This document shows positions 1 to 7,939 of a DNA stretch of 47,491 nucleotides, piece by piece. The position numbers and the translations under genes are program-made. Every line of letters begins with the position of its first letter. The first letter of the stretch is position 1. The stretch is from a virus: positions 1-47,491 of IMG/VR virus record IMGVR_UViG_3300037467_000655, one strand, 5' to 3'. The notes beneath the pieces are model-generated. The model was not told the DNA's origin and ran no database searches. It saw nothing but the letters and a program-made list of their open reading frames with translations.

Positions 1-127
1 TTGTCGCTCGCGGCAAGACAGCAGCGGTTGAGATCAAGGACGGCTCTCTACCCAAAAGCAAGCGCCAGTTAACAGAAGGCGAAATGGATTTCATGCATTC
101 GTGGAAAGGGCTGTATTTCATCGTTGA
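1..127. repeat. Terminal direct repeat, copy A (identical to 47365..47491)
   Basis: Read base by base: ttgtcgctcgcggcaagacagc...ttcatcgttga occurs at both window ends. Its length of 127 nt is typical of an assembler k-mer overlap on a circular contig. Confidence 0.95.
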
Positions 128-173
128 GTCGCTGGATGACGTGGTTAGGGTAGTGAAGGAGCTGGAGGCGTGA
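3..173 (+). CDS. PD-(D/E)XK nuclease (VRR-NUC-like), C-terminal part of the junction-spanning ORF that opens at 47247
   Basis: The frame continues from 47247..47491. The joined product is 96 aa (MTLRRAAKVDANQPEIVEAF...CDIFVARGKTAAVEIKDG...) with a D...E-x-K arrangement. Stop TGA 171-173 overlaps the next GTG start. Confidence 0.6.
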   Translation, partial: VARGKTAAVEIKDGSLPKSKRQLTEGEMDFMHSWKGLYFIVESLDDVVRVVKELEA

Positions 174-793
174 TTATCGACAAAGCAACTCTGCTGAACG
201 TTGACTGCATGGCTTACATGGCAATGTTGCCGGATAAGGCTTTTGATCTGGCGATAGTTGATCCGCCTTATGGGGTCGGAATGGATGGGAATAACAACTG
301 GAGCGGTTCTAAACACGCGGTAAAGCAATGGGATAACGAGGCTCCGGCGCCAATCTATTTCAAAGAGTTGCTGCGTGTATCTAAGAACCAGATTGTGTGG
401 GGGGCTAACCATTTTATGCACAATCTAGCTTTGGGTTCTAGTTGCTGGCTTGTGTGGGACAAAGAGAATGATGGGTTTTCTTTCGCTGATGCCGAGTTAG
501 CTTGGACTTCATTTAAGACCGCTGTCCGGTGTTTTAGGTACGCAAGAGGCAAACAGACCGATACACGCATTCACCCTACCCAAAAGCCCGTAAAGCTCTA
601 CGAATGGCTCCTTGCAAACTACGCCAAACCCGGTCAGAGCATCCTTGACACTCATCTAGGTTCAGGTTCAAGCGCGATAGCCTGCAATAACCTGGGATTT
701 GAGATGGTTGGTTGTGAGCTTGACTCTGACTACTACGAAGCAGCCTGCAAGAGAGTCCAGAAAGCAACAGAACAGATGAGGCTGTTCGCTTAA
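170..793 (+). CDS. DNA methyltransferase (N6-adenine/N4-cytosine family, DPPY type)
   Basis: 207 aa. Catalytic motif 'IVDPPYG' precedes 'HPTQKP' and the AdoMet motif 'ILDTHLGSGSS' (beta-class order). Confidence 0.85.
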   Translation: MIIDKATLLNVDCMAYMAMLPDKAFDLAIVDPPYGVGMDGNNNWSGSKHAVKQWDNEAPAPIYFKELLRVSKNQIVWGANHFMHNLALGSSCWLVWDKENDGFSFADAELAWTSFKTAVRCFRYARGKQTDTRIHPTQKPVKLYEWLLANYAKPGQSILDTHLGSGSSAIACNNLGFEMVGCELDSDYYEAACKRVQKATEQMRLFA

Positions 794-1176
794 TGGACAA
801 GCAAACCATCTTCCTAATCGGCCCTGTACAGCGTCAATACGCTAAGCAGTGTATCGACTCAGTACCAGAGGATTACGTCTGCATCCTGAAGCAGAAGACC
901 AGGACGTTGGAGCAGAACGCTCTTATGTGGGCGCTGCTGACTGACCTATCAAAACAAGTCAACTGGCACGGTCAATACCTAACGCCTGATGAGTGGAAAG
1001 ATGTGATGAGTGCTTCACTTAAAGCGCAAAAGGTTGTTCCAGGCGTTGACGGCGGCTTTGTTGTTATCGGCGCTAGGACAAGCAAAATGACCAAAAAGGA
1101 AATGTCGGATATGTGCGAACTAATCCAAGCTTTCGGCGCTAATCATGACGTGAAATGGAGTGAGCAATGCCAATAA
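793..1176 (+). CDS. ninB: NinB/Orf-family recombination mediator
   Basis: 127 aa. 'RTLEQNALMWALLTDLSKQVNWHGQYLTPDEWKDV...VVIGARTSKM...ELIQAFGANHDVKWS' parallels lambda NinB as I recall it. Confidence 0.8.
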   Translation: MDKQTIFLIGPVQRQYAKQCIDSVPEDYVCILKQKTRTLEQNALMWALLTDLSKQVNWHGQYLTPDEWKDVMSASLKAQKVVPGVDGGFVVIGARTSKMTKKEMSDMCELIQAFGANHDVKWSEQCQ

Positions 1177-1475
1177 GACCTGAAATGAGAGCGAGGTATC
1201 CACGTGACTGGAAGACTCGCAGTCGGTTCGTTCGGTTTATCAGGGCAAAAGGCAAGTGTGAATGGTGCGGTGTTGAGAACGGCAAGCCTCATCCAGTCAC
1301 GGGCAGCGTGGTTGTTCTGACGACTGCGCATGTTTTCGACCACAGGCCGGAAGCATCCAGTCTGCTTAACCTCGCAGCCCTGTGTCAGAAGTGCCACAAC
1401 TCACACGACGCCACTATGCGCAGGGCGGGAACTAGAGAGCGCAAACAAATCAACAAAGGGGCGTTATTCGCATGA
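1167..1475 (+). CDS. HNH endonuclease
   Basis: 102 aa. 'CEWCG...LTTAHVFDHRPE...NLAALCQKCHNSHD' is an HNH/zinc-finger pattern. Confidence 0.7.
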   Translation: MPIRPEMRARYPRDWKTRSRFVRFIRAKGKCEWCGVENGKPHPVTGSVVVLTTAHVFDHRPEASSLLNLAALCQKCHNSHDATMRRAGTRERKQINKGALFA

Positions 1476-1744
1476 GCAGGGCAGAAAAAGAACATATGGA
1501 CAAAGTAGCTCAGCTCTCCTGCGTTGTTTGCCGCTATAAGCTAGGCATCGAGACTCGCCCGGTAGAAGTGCATCACGTAACAGTCCCTGCTGATGACTTT
1601 GCTGTAGCTGCTTTATGTCCAGAACATCACAGGGGCGCAACAGGAGTTCATGGATTGCATAGGAGAGGCTTCCTGAGAGTGTGGAAACTGGATGAAGTGG
1701 GATTGCTGGCTTTGACTAATCAGGCGTTGGCGGAGGGGAGATGA
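1472..1744 (+). CDS. Ref-like (DUF968-type) HNH nuclease
   Basis: 90 aa. 'HMDKVAQLSCVVC...VEVHHV...ALCPEHHRG..GVHG' resembles the P1 Ref recombination-enhancement family. ATGA-type overlap with its neighbours. Confidence 0.5.
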   Translation: MSRAEKEHMDKVAQLSCVVCRYKLGIETRPVEVHHVTVPADDFAVAALCPEHHRGATGVHGLHRRGFLRVWKLDEVGLLALTNQALAEGR

Positions 1745-1887
1745 TAATGAAAGCGCAAGAAATGATTCTGGTGATAGCTTTTGTGCTGGCTTTGTTCGTT
1801 GGTGTTGGACTAGCCCTGCCGTGGATTGGAGTGGCCTTTGATTATTGGATTGAATACGCCAAGTGGGTCAAAGGAGTGGCGAAATGA
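1741..1887 (+). CDS. Small membrane protein (48 aa, below ORF-track cutoff)
   Basis: ATG 1741 overlaps the upstream stop. The product MIMKAQEMILVIAFVLALFVGVGLALPWIGVAF... has one or two hydrophobic helices. Stop 1885-1887 overlaps the next ATG. Confidence 0.45.
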   Translation: MIMKAQEMILVIAFVLALFVGVGLALPWIGVAFDYWIEYAKWVKGVAK

Positions 1888-2084
1888 AATTCCCGGTTGA
1901 GATAGATGGTGACGCATATTTTCTGATGATTGAGCAAATCAAGAAGAAATGCGATTCGTGGAAACTGCCCGACGACATGAACGTGACGATGGCTCAGATA
2001 GATAAAGTGCTATTAGCTTTCGATGAGCTTTATTGCGATCAGGACGAATCAACCGAAACAGACAATACGCTGGAGGTTGTGTGA
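1884..2084 (+). CDS. Hypothetical protein (66 aa)
   Basis: ATG 1884 has AAGGAG 7 nt upstream and an ATGA overlap with the upstream ORF. The track's 1863 start is less likely. Confidence 0.5.
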   Translation: MKFPVEIDGDAYFLMIEQIKKKCDSWKLPDDMNVTMAQIDKVLLAFDELYCDQDESTETDNTLEVV

Positions 2085-2251
2085 GAGCTATTACCTACCT
2101 GATTTACATCCTGTTATTTGAGGGTCTGGTATTTGGCGGCACAGGCTACGCTGTGTTCGTTCTTGATCGCAGCGGTTGGTGGTTTTTGCTGGCGTTATTT
2201 GTGAGTTGTGGGGCGTACAGACCTGACTCATGGGCGCGGCTCAGCAAATGA
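2081..2251 (+). CDS. Small membrane protein (56 aa)
   Basis: GTG 2081 overlaps the upstream stop (GTGA). There are two hydrophobic stretches, 'ITYLIYILLFEGLVFGG' and 'WWFLLALFVSCGA'. Confidence 0.4.
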   Translation: MRAITYLIYILLFEGLVFGGTGYAVFVLDRSGWWFLLALFVSCGAYRPDSWARLSK

Positions 2252-2445
2252 CAGCGCTCCCCTCCTGGATGTACGGAAGCCCACTAGACATTATCGACGG
2301 TCAACGTGCTTTGGCATTAAAGCAGTCTAAAAAACGCACTGTAGAGCCTGTACGTGCGCCTAGAGATAGGTATTACACACAGAGCAGGTCGGTACACATA
2401 AAGGCAGTGGTGAAGGATCGGATTATGAACGGAGGGAGTCGATGA
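2248..2445 (+). CDS. Hypothetical protein (65 aa; alternative start 2230)
   Basis: ATG 2248 overlaps the upstream TGA (ATGA). No recognisable motif. Confidence 0.4.
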   Translation: MTALPSWMYGSPLDIIDGQRALALKQSKKRTVEPVRAPRDRYYTQSRSVHIKAVVKDRIMNGGSR

Positions 2446-2804
2446 TTGAGGCGCTGGTGATCAATAGGCTGATACGGTGGGCGAAGTGGAAGATGAATAC
2501 CGGGAATGGATTAGGGTATCCATCGCAGGTCAGCTTCATCCGGCTTGCTCCTGCTACTAAGCACTTCCGTGACCCAGGTATTGATGCAGAGTGCATGATT
2601 ACGGAGAAGGCTTATGAGCTGTTGCCCGTCATATCAAAAGGAGTGCTGTGGGTAGAGTTCCTGTCTACAGCGATAAGCGAATCACACAAGGCGCATCTGT
2701 TCGGCAGGTCAAGGAGGCAGTACCGGGAATGCCTCGTTGATGCGTATGTTAAGATCGGCAACACAATTGAGTTGCTGTACGAGAAGAGGGAGGAGGTTGC
2801 GTGA
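2442..2804 (+). CDS. Q-like late-gene antiterminator (candidate)
   Basis: 120 aa, in the last regulatory position before the late promoter. 'RWAKW...GLGYPS...DAECMI...LVDAY' follows the layout I recall for the Phage_antitermQ (QuuD-like) family. Confidence 0.55.
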   Translation: MIEALVINRLIRWAKWKMNTGNGLGYPSQVSFIRLAPATKHFRDPGIDAECMITEKAYELLPVISKGVLWVEFLSTAISESHKAHLFGRSRRQYRECLVDAYVKIGNTIELLYEKREEVA

Positions 2805-2992
2805 ATAAAGGAGAGTTGGTCGTAAAGGCAGAGCAGGAAATCTCGGCTATTCTTGCCAAGCTTGAGCAGGATTTAGGTATGGCTGTAGACTCAATAGAAT
2901 TACAGACAATCGATGTAAGCTCAATCAACAGTAAGGAATACGTCAAGAGAGTAGTGATTGAAATGCATAAACAGTCAATGGCGCATTGGTAA
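2801..2992 (+). CDS. Hypothetical protein (63 aa)
   Basis: ORF with a GTGA overlap to the Q-like gene. No motif recognised. Confidence 0.4.
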   Translation: MNKGELVVKAEQEISAILAKLEQDLGMAVDSIELQTIDVSSINSKEYVKRVVIEMHKQSMAHW

Positions 2993-3015
2993 TACGGCAA
3001 ATACGCAAATAACCC

Positions 3016-3044
3016 TTGATTAGCCCCCCAATTTCATATACACT
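3016..3044 (+). promoter_or_regulatory. Candidate late promoter (PR'-like)
   Basis: TTGATT (3016-3021), a 17-nt spacer, then TACACT (3039-3044). It lies directly downstream of the Q-like gene. A -10-like TATCGT at 3050-3055 could act as a sigma-dependent pause element. Confidence 0.5.
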
Positions 3045-3074
3045 TGTGCTATCGTGTGAATATTCCGCACAGCC

Positions 3075-3102
3075 AAAGCCATCCATAGAGGTGGCTTTTT
3101 TT
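3075..3102 (+). terminator. Intrinsic terminator about 50 nt downstream of the late promoter (tR'-like)
   Basis: Stem AAAGCCATC/GGTGGCTTT (one G-U pair), a 6-nt loop, then a T run to 3102 that abuts ATG 3103. Confidence 0.6.
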
Positions 3103-3420
3103 ATGCCCGTAGACCGCCCATCAGCAGCTAAGAGGGGATACGGCGCAGCATGGCAGAAGTACAGAGCAGGATACCTACGCAGTCATCCGTACTGCGCTCA
3201 ATGCGCTAAGCAAGGCAAGCGCAGCATAGCTTCAGTAGTAGACCACGTTAGCCCGCATAGAGGCGATCAAGACAAGTTTTGGGATAAGGCTAATCATCAG
3301 GCACTGTGCAAGCTATGCCATGACAGCTACAAGCAACGACTAGAGAAGTCTGGGCGTGTAGTTGGATGTGATGTAACGGGCAGGCCGATTGATCCTAATC
3401 ATCATTGGAATAGAGCATGA
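3103..3420 (+). CDS. HNH endonuclease (packaging-associated, HK97 gp74-like position)
   Basis: 105 aa from ATG 3103. 'RGYGAAWQKYRAGYLRSHPYCAQC...VDHVSPHRGD...NHQALCKLCH'. It sits just upstream of terS/terL. The track's TTG 3016 start would read through the promoter and terminator. Confidence 0.8.
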   Translation: MPVDRPSAAKRGYGAAWQKYRAGYLRSHPYCAQCAKQGKRSIASVVDHVSPHRGDQDKFWDKANHQALCKLCHDSYKQRLEKSGRVVGCDVTGRPIDPNHHWNRA

Positions 3421-3665
3421 ACTGCATTGAACCACATGCAAATGGAGATGTACTGTTCAGGCACATCAAAGAAGTGCTCAACCTGCCAGATGGTATACGC
3501 AATCTAAGCATATCCATTAAGGATGGCGCTATCACTGGATGGCAATGTAAGTGTCCCACAGGCAAAGATGTGACTCTGCAATGGAGTCTTGTGCAAATCG
3601 CATCACGCCCTGACATAGAGCAGATCAGAGCAGAAGTGGGAGAAAGTCGCACTTCTCCATCGTAA
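3417..3665 (+). CDS. Hypothetical protein (82 aa)
   Basis: ATGA overlap with the HNH gene. No motif recognised. Confidence 0.45.
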   Translation: MNCIEPHANGDVLFRHIKEVLNLPDGIRNLSISIKDGAITGWQCKCPTGKDVTLQWSLVQIASRPDIEQIRAEVGESRTSPS

Positions 3666-3767
3666 AATTCAGAGAAAGTGGGAGGGGGAGGCAAAATCTC
3701 TGGTGTTTTAGGCTCCAGACCGCGCCCCTGGTCTCGCATCCATAAATCTATACAAAAAACCTGAAAA

Positions 3768-4175
3768 ATGGCTAAGAAGTCAGCGGCCAGCTTGTCTGTC
3801 GTCCAGGTTAAGCCGAAAGACGCCAGGATAGCCCCGCCTTTATTTCTGACAGAGCGTCAGAAAGAATTGTGGCTCGAAGTGGCAAACGCTAAACCGGCAG
3901 ACTGGTTTACAGAAGATTGCAAATCTCTGCTGGTTGCGTATGTCAAGGCAATCGCATCACACGAAGTTATCTCTACCCGTATTGACCAAATAGAGTCTGG
4001 AGCATTAGTGCTTGAACTTCGCGACGAAGATAGATTGTATGCCATGCAAGAGAGGCAGGCAAGGTTAATCCAGAGCCTTGCAACCAAGATGCGCCTTACT
4101 AACCAATCGCGCTACCAAAACTCAACAGCGGCTGTTAAGTCTTCCAAGGCTGGTACAGCCAGGCCGTGGGATTAA
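3768..4175 (+). CDS. terS: Terminase small subunit (P27 family)
   Basis: 135 aa. 'PPLFLTERQKELWLEVA...SLLVAYVKA...' follows the P27-family layout and lies immediately upstream of terL. Confidence 0.75.
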   Translation: MAKKSAASLSVVQVKPKDARIAPPLFLTERQKELWLEVANAKPADWFTEDCKSLLVAYVKAIASHEVISTRIDQIESGALVLELRDEDRLYAMQERQARLIQSLATKMRLTNQSRYQNSTAAVKSSKAGTARPWD

Positions 4176-5674
4176 GATCAGACAGAAATATAGCGTGGGT
4201 TGAAAAGCACTGTAGGATTCCAGAAGGCAAGTTTGTAGGAAAGGAAATCAATCTCACTGCTGAACAAAAGCAGTGGATCAGGGATATTTACGATTCGCCT
4301 ACGCGGACGTTTATCCTCAGCATGGGGCGGAAAAATGCCAAGACGGCGTTTTCCGCTTTTTTATTGCTCCTTCACCTATGCGGCCCGGAATCAAAGCGCA
4401 ATTCTCAGCTATACAGCACGGCGCAGAGCAGGGAACAAGCGGCTATCCTGTTCTCCCTGGCGGCAAAAATAGTCCGCATGTCGCCGGATTTAAACCAATA
4501 CGTTGTAATCCGCGACACTGCCAAGCAATTAGCTTGCCCTGAACTCGGGACGCTTTACCGGGCGCTATCCGCTGATGCTTCCACGGCATACGGCTTAAGC
4601 CCAGCATTTACCGTCCACGACGAACTAGGGCAGGTCAAGGGCAACCGTTACGAGCTTTACGAGGCGATAGAAACCGCTGCGGCTGCTCAGGAAGAGCCGT
4701 TAAGCGTAATCATCAGCACACAGGCACCTACAGATGCCGACCTGCTCAGTCTGCTGATAGACGACGCTCTCTCTGGCGCTGATCCTCGCGTCAAGGTAAG
4801 AATTCACGCTGCACCGATGGATGCTGATCCATTCTCGGAGCCTGCTATACGTGCGGCCAACCCGCACTACGACGTTTTCATGAACAAGCAGGAGGTACTG
4901 CGCCAGGCCGACGAGGCTAAGCGCATGCCTTCGCGTGAAGCCGCTTACCGTAACCTAGTCCTTAACCAAAGAGTAGAGGCAAGAGACCCGTTCGTTTCTC
5001 GTCAGTTATGGATAGACAACACCGGCGATCCGCTAACGATTTTTGACGGGCTTGAAGTATATGGCGGACTAGACCTCTCTAGCGTGTCTGACTTAACAGC
5101 CCTGGTTCTGCTAACCAAGCCTGCAGATACATGGCACGTTAAACCTACATTCTGGCTGCCACGTGAAGGATTAGAGCAGAAGGCCAAGACAGATCGTGTG
5201 GCCTATGACGTGTGGGCTGATCAGGGTTATCTGGAGACTACCCCAGGAAAAGCCATCGAATATGAGTTCGTTGCTGAGTACCTGAGAGGCGTATTCGACC
5301 GCTGCAACGTCAGGGCAATCGCTTTTGACCGTTACAACATGAAGCACCTTAAACCGTGGCTTGTACGGGCCGGGTTCTCTGAGGAAGAGTTAGAGCGGTT
5401 TGTGGAGTTCGGGCAGGGCTTTGCAAGCATGTCCCCTGCAATTCGCGAACTCGAATCTCTGCTCCTGGCAAAGAAGCTTGAACACGGCGGGCATCCTGTT
5501 TTAACAATGTGCGCGGCAAACGCGACTGTAGTTAAAGACCCGGCAGAGAACCGTAAGTTTACCAAGGCGAAAGCAACTGGGCGCATTGACGGAATGGTTG
5601 CGCTGGCTATGGCTGTCGGTGTTGCCTCGTCTATGGAAGCGCAAGAGGTTGAACCAAGGATTACATGGCTCTAA
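4166..5674 (+). CDS. terL: Terminase large subunit (HK97/Terminase_1 type)
   Basis: 502 aa. 'NLTAEQKQWIRDIY', the Walker-like 'MGRKNAKTAFSA', and a C-terminal nuclease region. Its position between terS and the portal fits. Confidence 0.9.
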   Translation: MGLRSDRNIAWVEKHCRIPEGKFVGKEINLTAEQKQWIRDIYDSPTRTFILSMGRKNAKTAFSAFLLLLHLCGPESKRNSQLYSTAQSREQAAILFSLAAKIVRMSPDLNQYVVIRDTAKQLACPELGTLYRALSADASTAYGLSPAFTVHDELGQVKGNRYELYEAIETAAAAQEEPLSVIISTQAPTDADLLSLLIDDALSGADPRVKVRIHAAPMDADPFSEPAIRAANPHYDVFMNKQEVLRQADEAKRMPSREAAYRNLVLNQRVEARDPFVSRQLWIDNTGDPLTIFDGLEVYGGLDLSSVSDLTALVLLTKPADTWHVKPTFWLPREGLEQKAKTDRVAYDVWADQGYLETTPGKAIEYEFVAEYLRGVFDRCNVRAIAFDRYNMKHLKPWLVRAGFSEEELERFVEFGQGFASMSPAIRELESLLLAKKLEHGGHPVLTMCAANATVVKDPAENRKFTKAKATGRIDGMVALAMAVGVASSMEAQEVEPRITWL

Positions 5675-7191
5675 ACCCATTTCCAGCAATCCGGCGAGCA
5701 TGGAACGCGCTACGTGTTAATCCAGCAAATCCTCAAACTGGCGGATATTTTTTCTTCGGACAGAATAGGGCTGGCGTACACGTTACGCACGAACTAGCTT
5801 TAACCGCATCCGCCGTATGGGCATGCATTGATGTAGTCGCGTCAAGCCTTGCGTCATCTGACTGGAACGTGTATTCCGGCGTTCGTGGAGGCGACAACAA
5901 GCAGGCAATACCTGATGACGGCCTGCAATATATCCTGAATACCCGCTTCAACCCCGAGATGACAGCTCAGGCCGGTAAGCGAGCAATGATGATTGCCGCT
6001 GTAGGGTATGGGAATGGGTACGCCGAGATAGAGCGTGATTTATCTCGCCGGGTTGTGGCTCTGTGGCCTATTTCGCCTGATCGTGTAAGCCCTGTTAGAA
6101 ACGAGTTCGGCAACTTTGTATATCGCGTAACACAGGATTACGCAGGCGGGACTGTCGATCTTGATCCTTCTGATGTCTACCACGTACGGGGCCCTAGTGT
6201 AATAGGCAGCGTAGGCGACGACATGATAGGCAAGGCCATTGAAACGATTGGCCGCGCTATTGCGATTGATCAGTTCGCCTCTGCTTACTTCGGGAACAAC
6301 GCCTCCATCGGGGTCATATTCCAACATAAAGGGAATCTTACTCCGGCGAAAAAAGCAGAAATAGAAGACGGCATTACAAAGCGTTACAGCGGCCCTAAAA
6401 AGTCCCACAGGCCAGCAGTTTTTGAGGGTGAGTGGCAAATACATCAACTCTCGAACGATGCTGATAAAGCCCAGCTCATCGAGGCCAAGTATCAAATGGT
6501 CGAGGAAGTATGTCGCTGGTTCCGCGTTCCCCCGCACAAGGTAGCGCACCTTCTTAGGGCGACGAATAACAACATAGAGCATCAAGGGCTTGAGTTCTCC
6601 CGCGACACACTAAGACCTTGGGTTCAAGAAATCCAGCAAGAGGCTGATTACAAACTGATTCCTGTTCGCGGCGGGAAAAAGTTTATCGAGATTGACGTTG
6701 ATTGGGCGTCTGAGGGCGATTTTCAAAGCCGCATGCAAGGATTCTCGACCGGCATTAATACCGGCGTCTATTCCGTCAACGACGTACTTCGCAAGCTAGG
6801 TGAAAACACCATAGGTTCAGAAGGCGATGTCCGCATGGTTCAGGGCGCAATGATGCGGCTTGAGGATGTCGGCAAGAACATGCTTCCTGCTCAACAAGGG
6901 ACTGATCAGCGGCGGCAGAAAGGCAAGCTGGTAGCAGAGGCGTGGTTATCCTCGGTTTATGCCAGAGTGCAAAGGTTTAACGGAAATCGCTGTGCCGATC
7001 TTCAAAAGGCTGGTCACAAGGATTGTCAAGCTAGAGCTGACAGAGATGCTGCTGAGTACGCCAAGAATCAATTAAGCGAACTGCGCGATGCTCTTGGCGA
7101 CAAGATGGAGAAGGCAATACAGGGCTCTATTGAAGTAATTAACGGACAGGACGCGGACATTGCCGCTGCTAAGGTTTTTGAGGGGAACTAA
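5665..7191 (+). CDS. Portal protein (HK97 family)
   Basis: 508 aa. 'LTASAVWACIDVVASSLAS', 'YHVRGPS', and 'RWFRVPPHKV' typical of Phage_portal. Confidence 0.9.
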   Translation: MALNPFPAIRRAWNALRVNPANPQTGGYFFFGQNRAGVHVTHELALTASAVWACIDVVASSLASSDWNVYSGVRGGDNKQAIPDDGLQYILNTRFNPEMTAQAGKRAMMIAAVGYGNGYAEIERDLSRRVVALWPISPDRVSPVRNEFGNFVYRVTQDYAGGTVDLDPSDVYHVRGPSVIGSVGDDMIGKAIETIGRAIAIDQFASAYFGNNASIGVIFQHKGNLTPAKKAEIEDGITKRYSGPKKSHRPAVFEGEWQIHQLSNDADKAQLIEAKYQMVEEVCRWFRVPPHKVAHLLRATNNNIEHQGLEFSRDTLRPWVQEIQQEADYKLIPVRGGKKFIEIDVDWASEGDFQSRMQGFSTGINTGVYSVNDVLRKLGENTIGSEGDVRMVQGAMMRLEDVGKNMLPAQQGTDQRRQKGKLVAEAWLSSVYARVQRFNGNRCADLQKAGHKDCQARADRDAAEYAKNQLSELRDALGDKMEKAIQGSIEVINGQDADIAAAKVFEGN

Positions 7192-7874
7192 TGAACAAAG
7201 CATTTTTTGCCAAGAAAACCGGGTCACGCGGCGAGATTTACATCTACGAGGACATCGGTGAAGGCTGGTTCGGCGGTATCACCGCTAAGGCGTTCTCCGA
7301 CTCAATGAAAGAACTCGGTAATGTTGACGCCCTGGATATCTATATAAACAGCCCTGGAGGCTCGGTATTCGACGGCGTAGCCATTTACAACCAGATAAAG
7401 CGTTTTGCTGGCGAAAAGATTATTCATATTGACGGCATTGCGGCAAGCATCGCATCAGTTATCGCCATGGCTGGGGATGAGATCAGGATTGCCGCAAACG
7501 GCATGATCATGATTCATGATCCGTGGGGCATGGCTGTAGGGACTGCTGGCGAAATGCGCAAGATGGCAGACTCACTGGACAAGGTAAGAGACACGATCCT
7601 TACTACCTACATCGCAAAGACAGGAAAGGGCGAAAAGCAAATATCGGACTGGATGACAGCCGAGACATGGATGAATGCGGAAGAGTCCGTCAAGAACGGC
7701 TTCGCTACTAAGGTTACAGACGAGAAGGCCATGAAAGCCGAGTTCCCAATGCTTTCCAAATTCAACAACGTGCCAGAGCAGTTAAAGAAGCAGTCTGTCG
7801 CGTCTAATGCACTTATTGCCCGCATGGAAATGCGCAGCAAGCAACTAATTCGCGGAGCCAGCTCCGGAAAATAA
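7191..7874 (+). CDS. Prohead (head-maturation) protease, ClpP/S14-like
   Basis: 227 aa. 'IYINSPGGSVFDGVAIYN', 'IDGIAASIASVIAMAGD', 'MIMIHDPW'. Confidence 0.9.
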   Translation: MNKAFFAKKTGSRGEIYIYEDIGEGWFGGITAKAFSDSMKELGNVDALDIYINSPGGSVFDGVAIYNQIKRFAGEKIIHIDGIAASIASVIAMAGDEIRIAANGMIMIHDPWGMAVGTAGEMRKMADSLDKVRDTILTTYIAKTGKGEKQISDWMTAETWMNAEESVKNGFATKVTDEKAMKAEFPMLSKFNNVPEQLKKQSVASNALIARMEMRSKQLIRGASSGK

Positions 7875-7898
7875 GGGCCAGCCCTTCAACCATCCACC

Positions 7899-7920
7899 AG
7901 CCGCCTAGAGCGGCTTTTTT
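7899..7920 (+). terminator. Intrinsic terminator between the protease and capsid genes
   Basis: AGCCGC-CTAGA-GCGGCT followed by TTTTTT. The same 22-nt element recurs at 25847. Confidence 0.7.
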
Positions 7921-7939
7921 ATTTTCTAAAGGATTAAAA

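Noticed and set aside
1-127. The terminal repeat considered as a genuine phage direct terminal repeat or as LTR-like ends of a mobile element
   Set aside because: It interrupts a single small ORF that is restored by circularisation. Its length equals a common assembler k-mer. The packaging genes are of the cos (HNH, P27 TerS) type.
3016-3102. N-terminal extension of the HNH ORF from TTG 3016 (as given in the ORF track)
   Set aside because: The extension would be translated through a consensus-like promoter and a terminator hairpin. The HNH homology starts at Met30 (ATG 3103).
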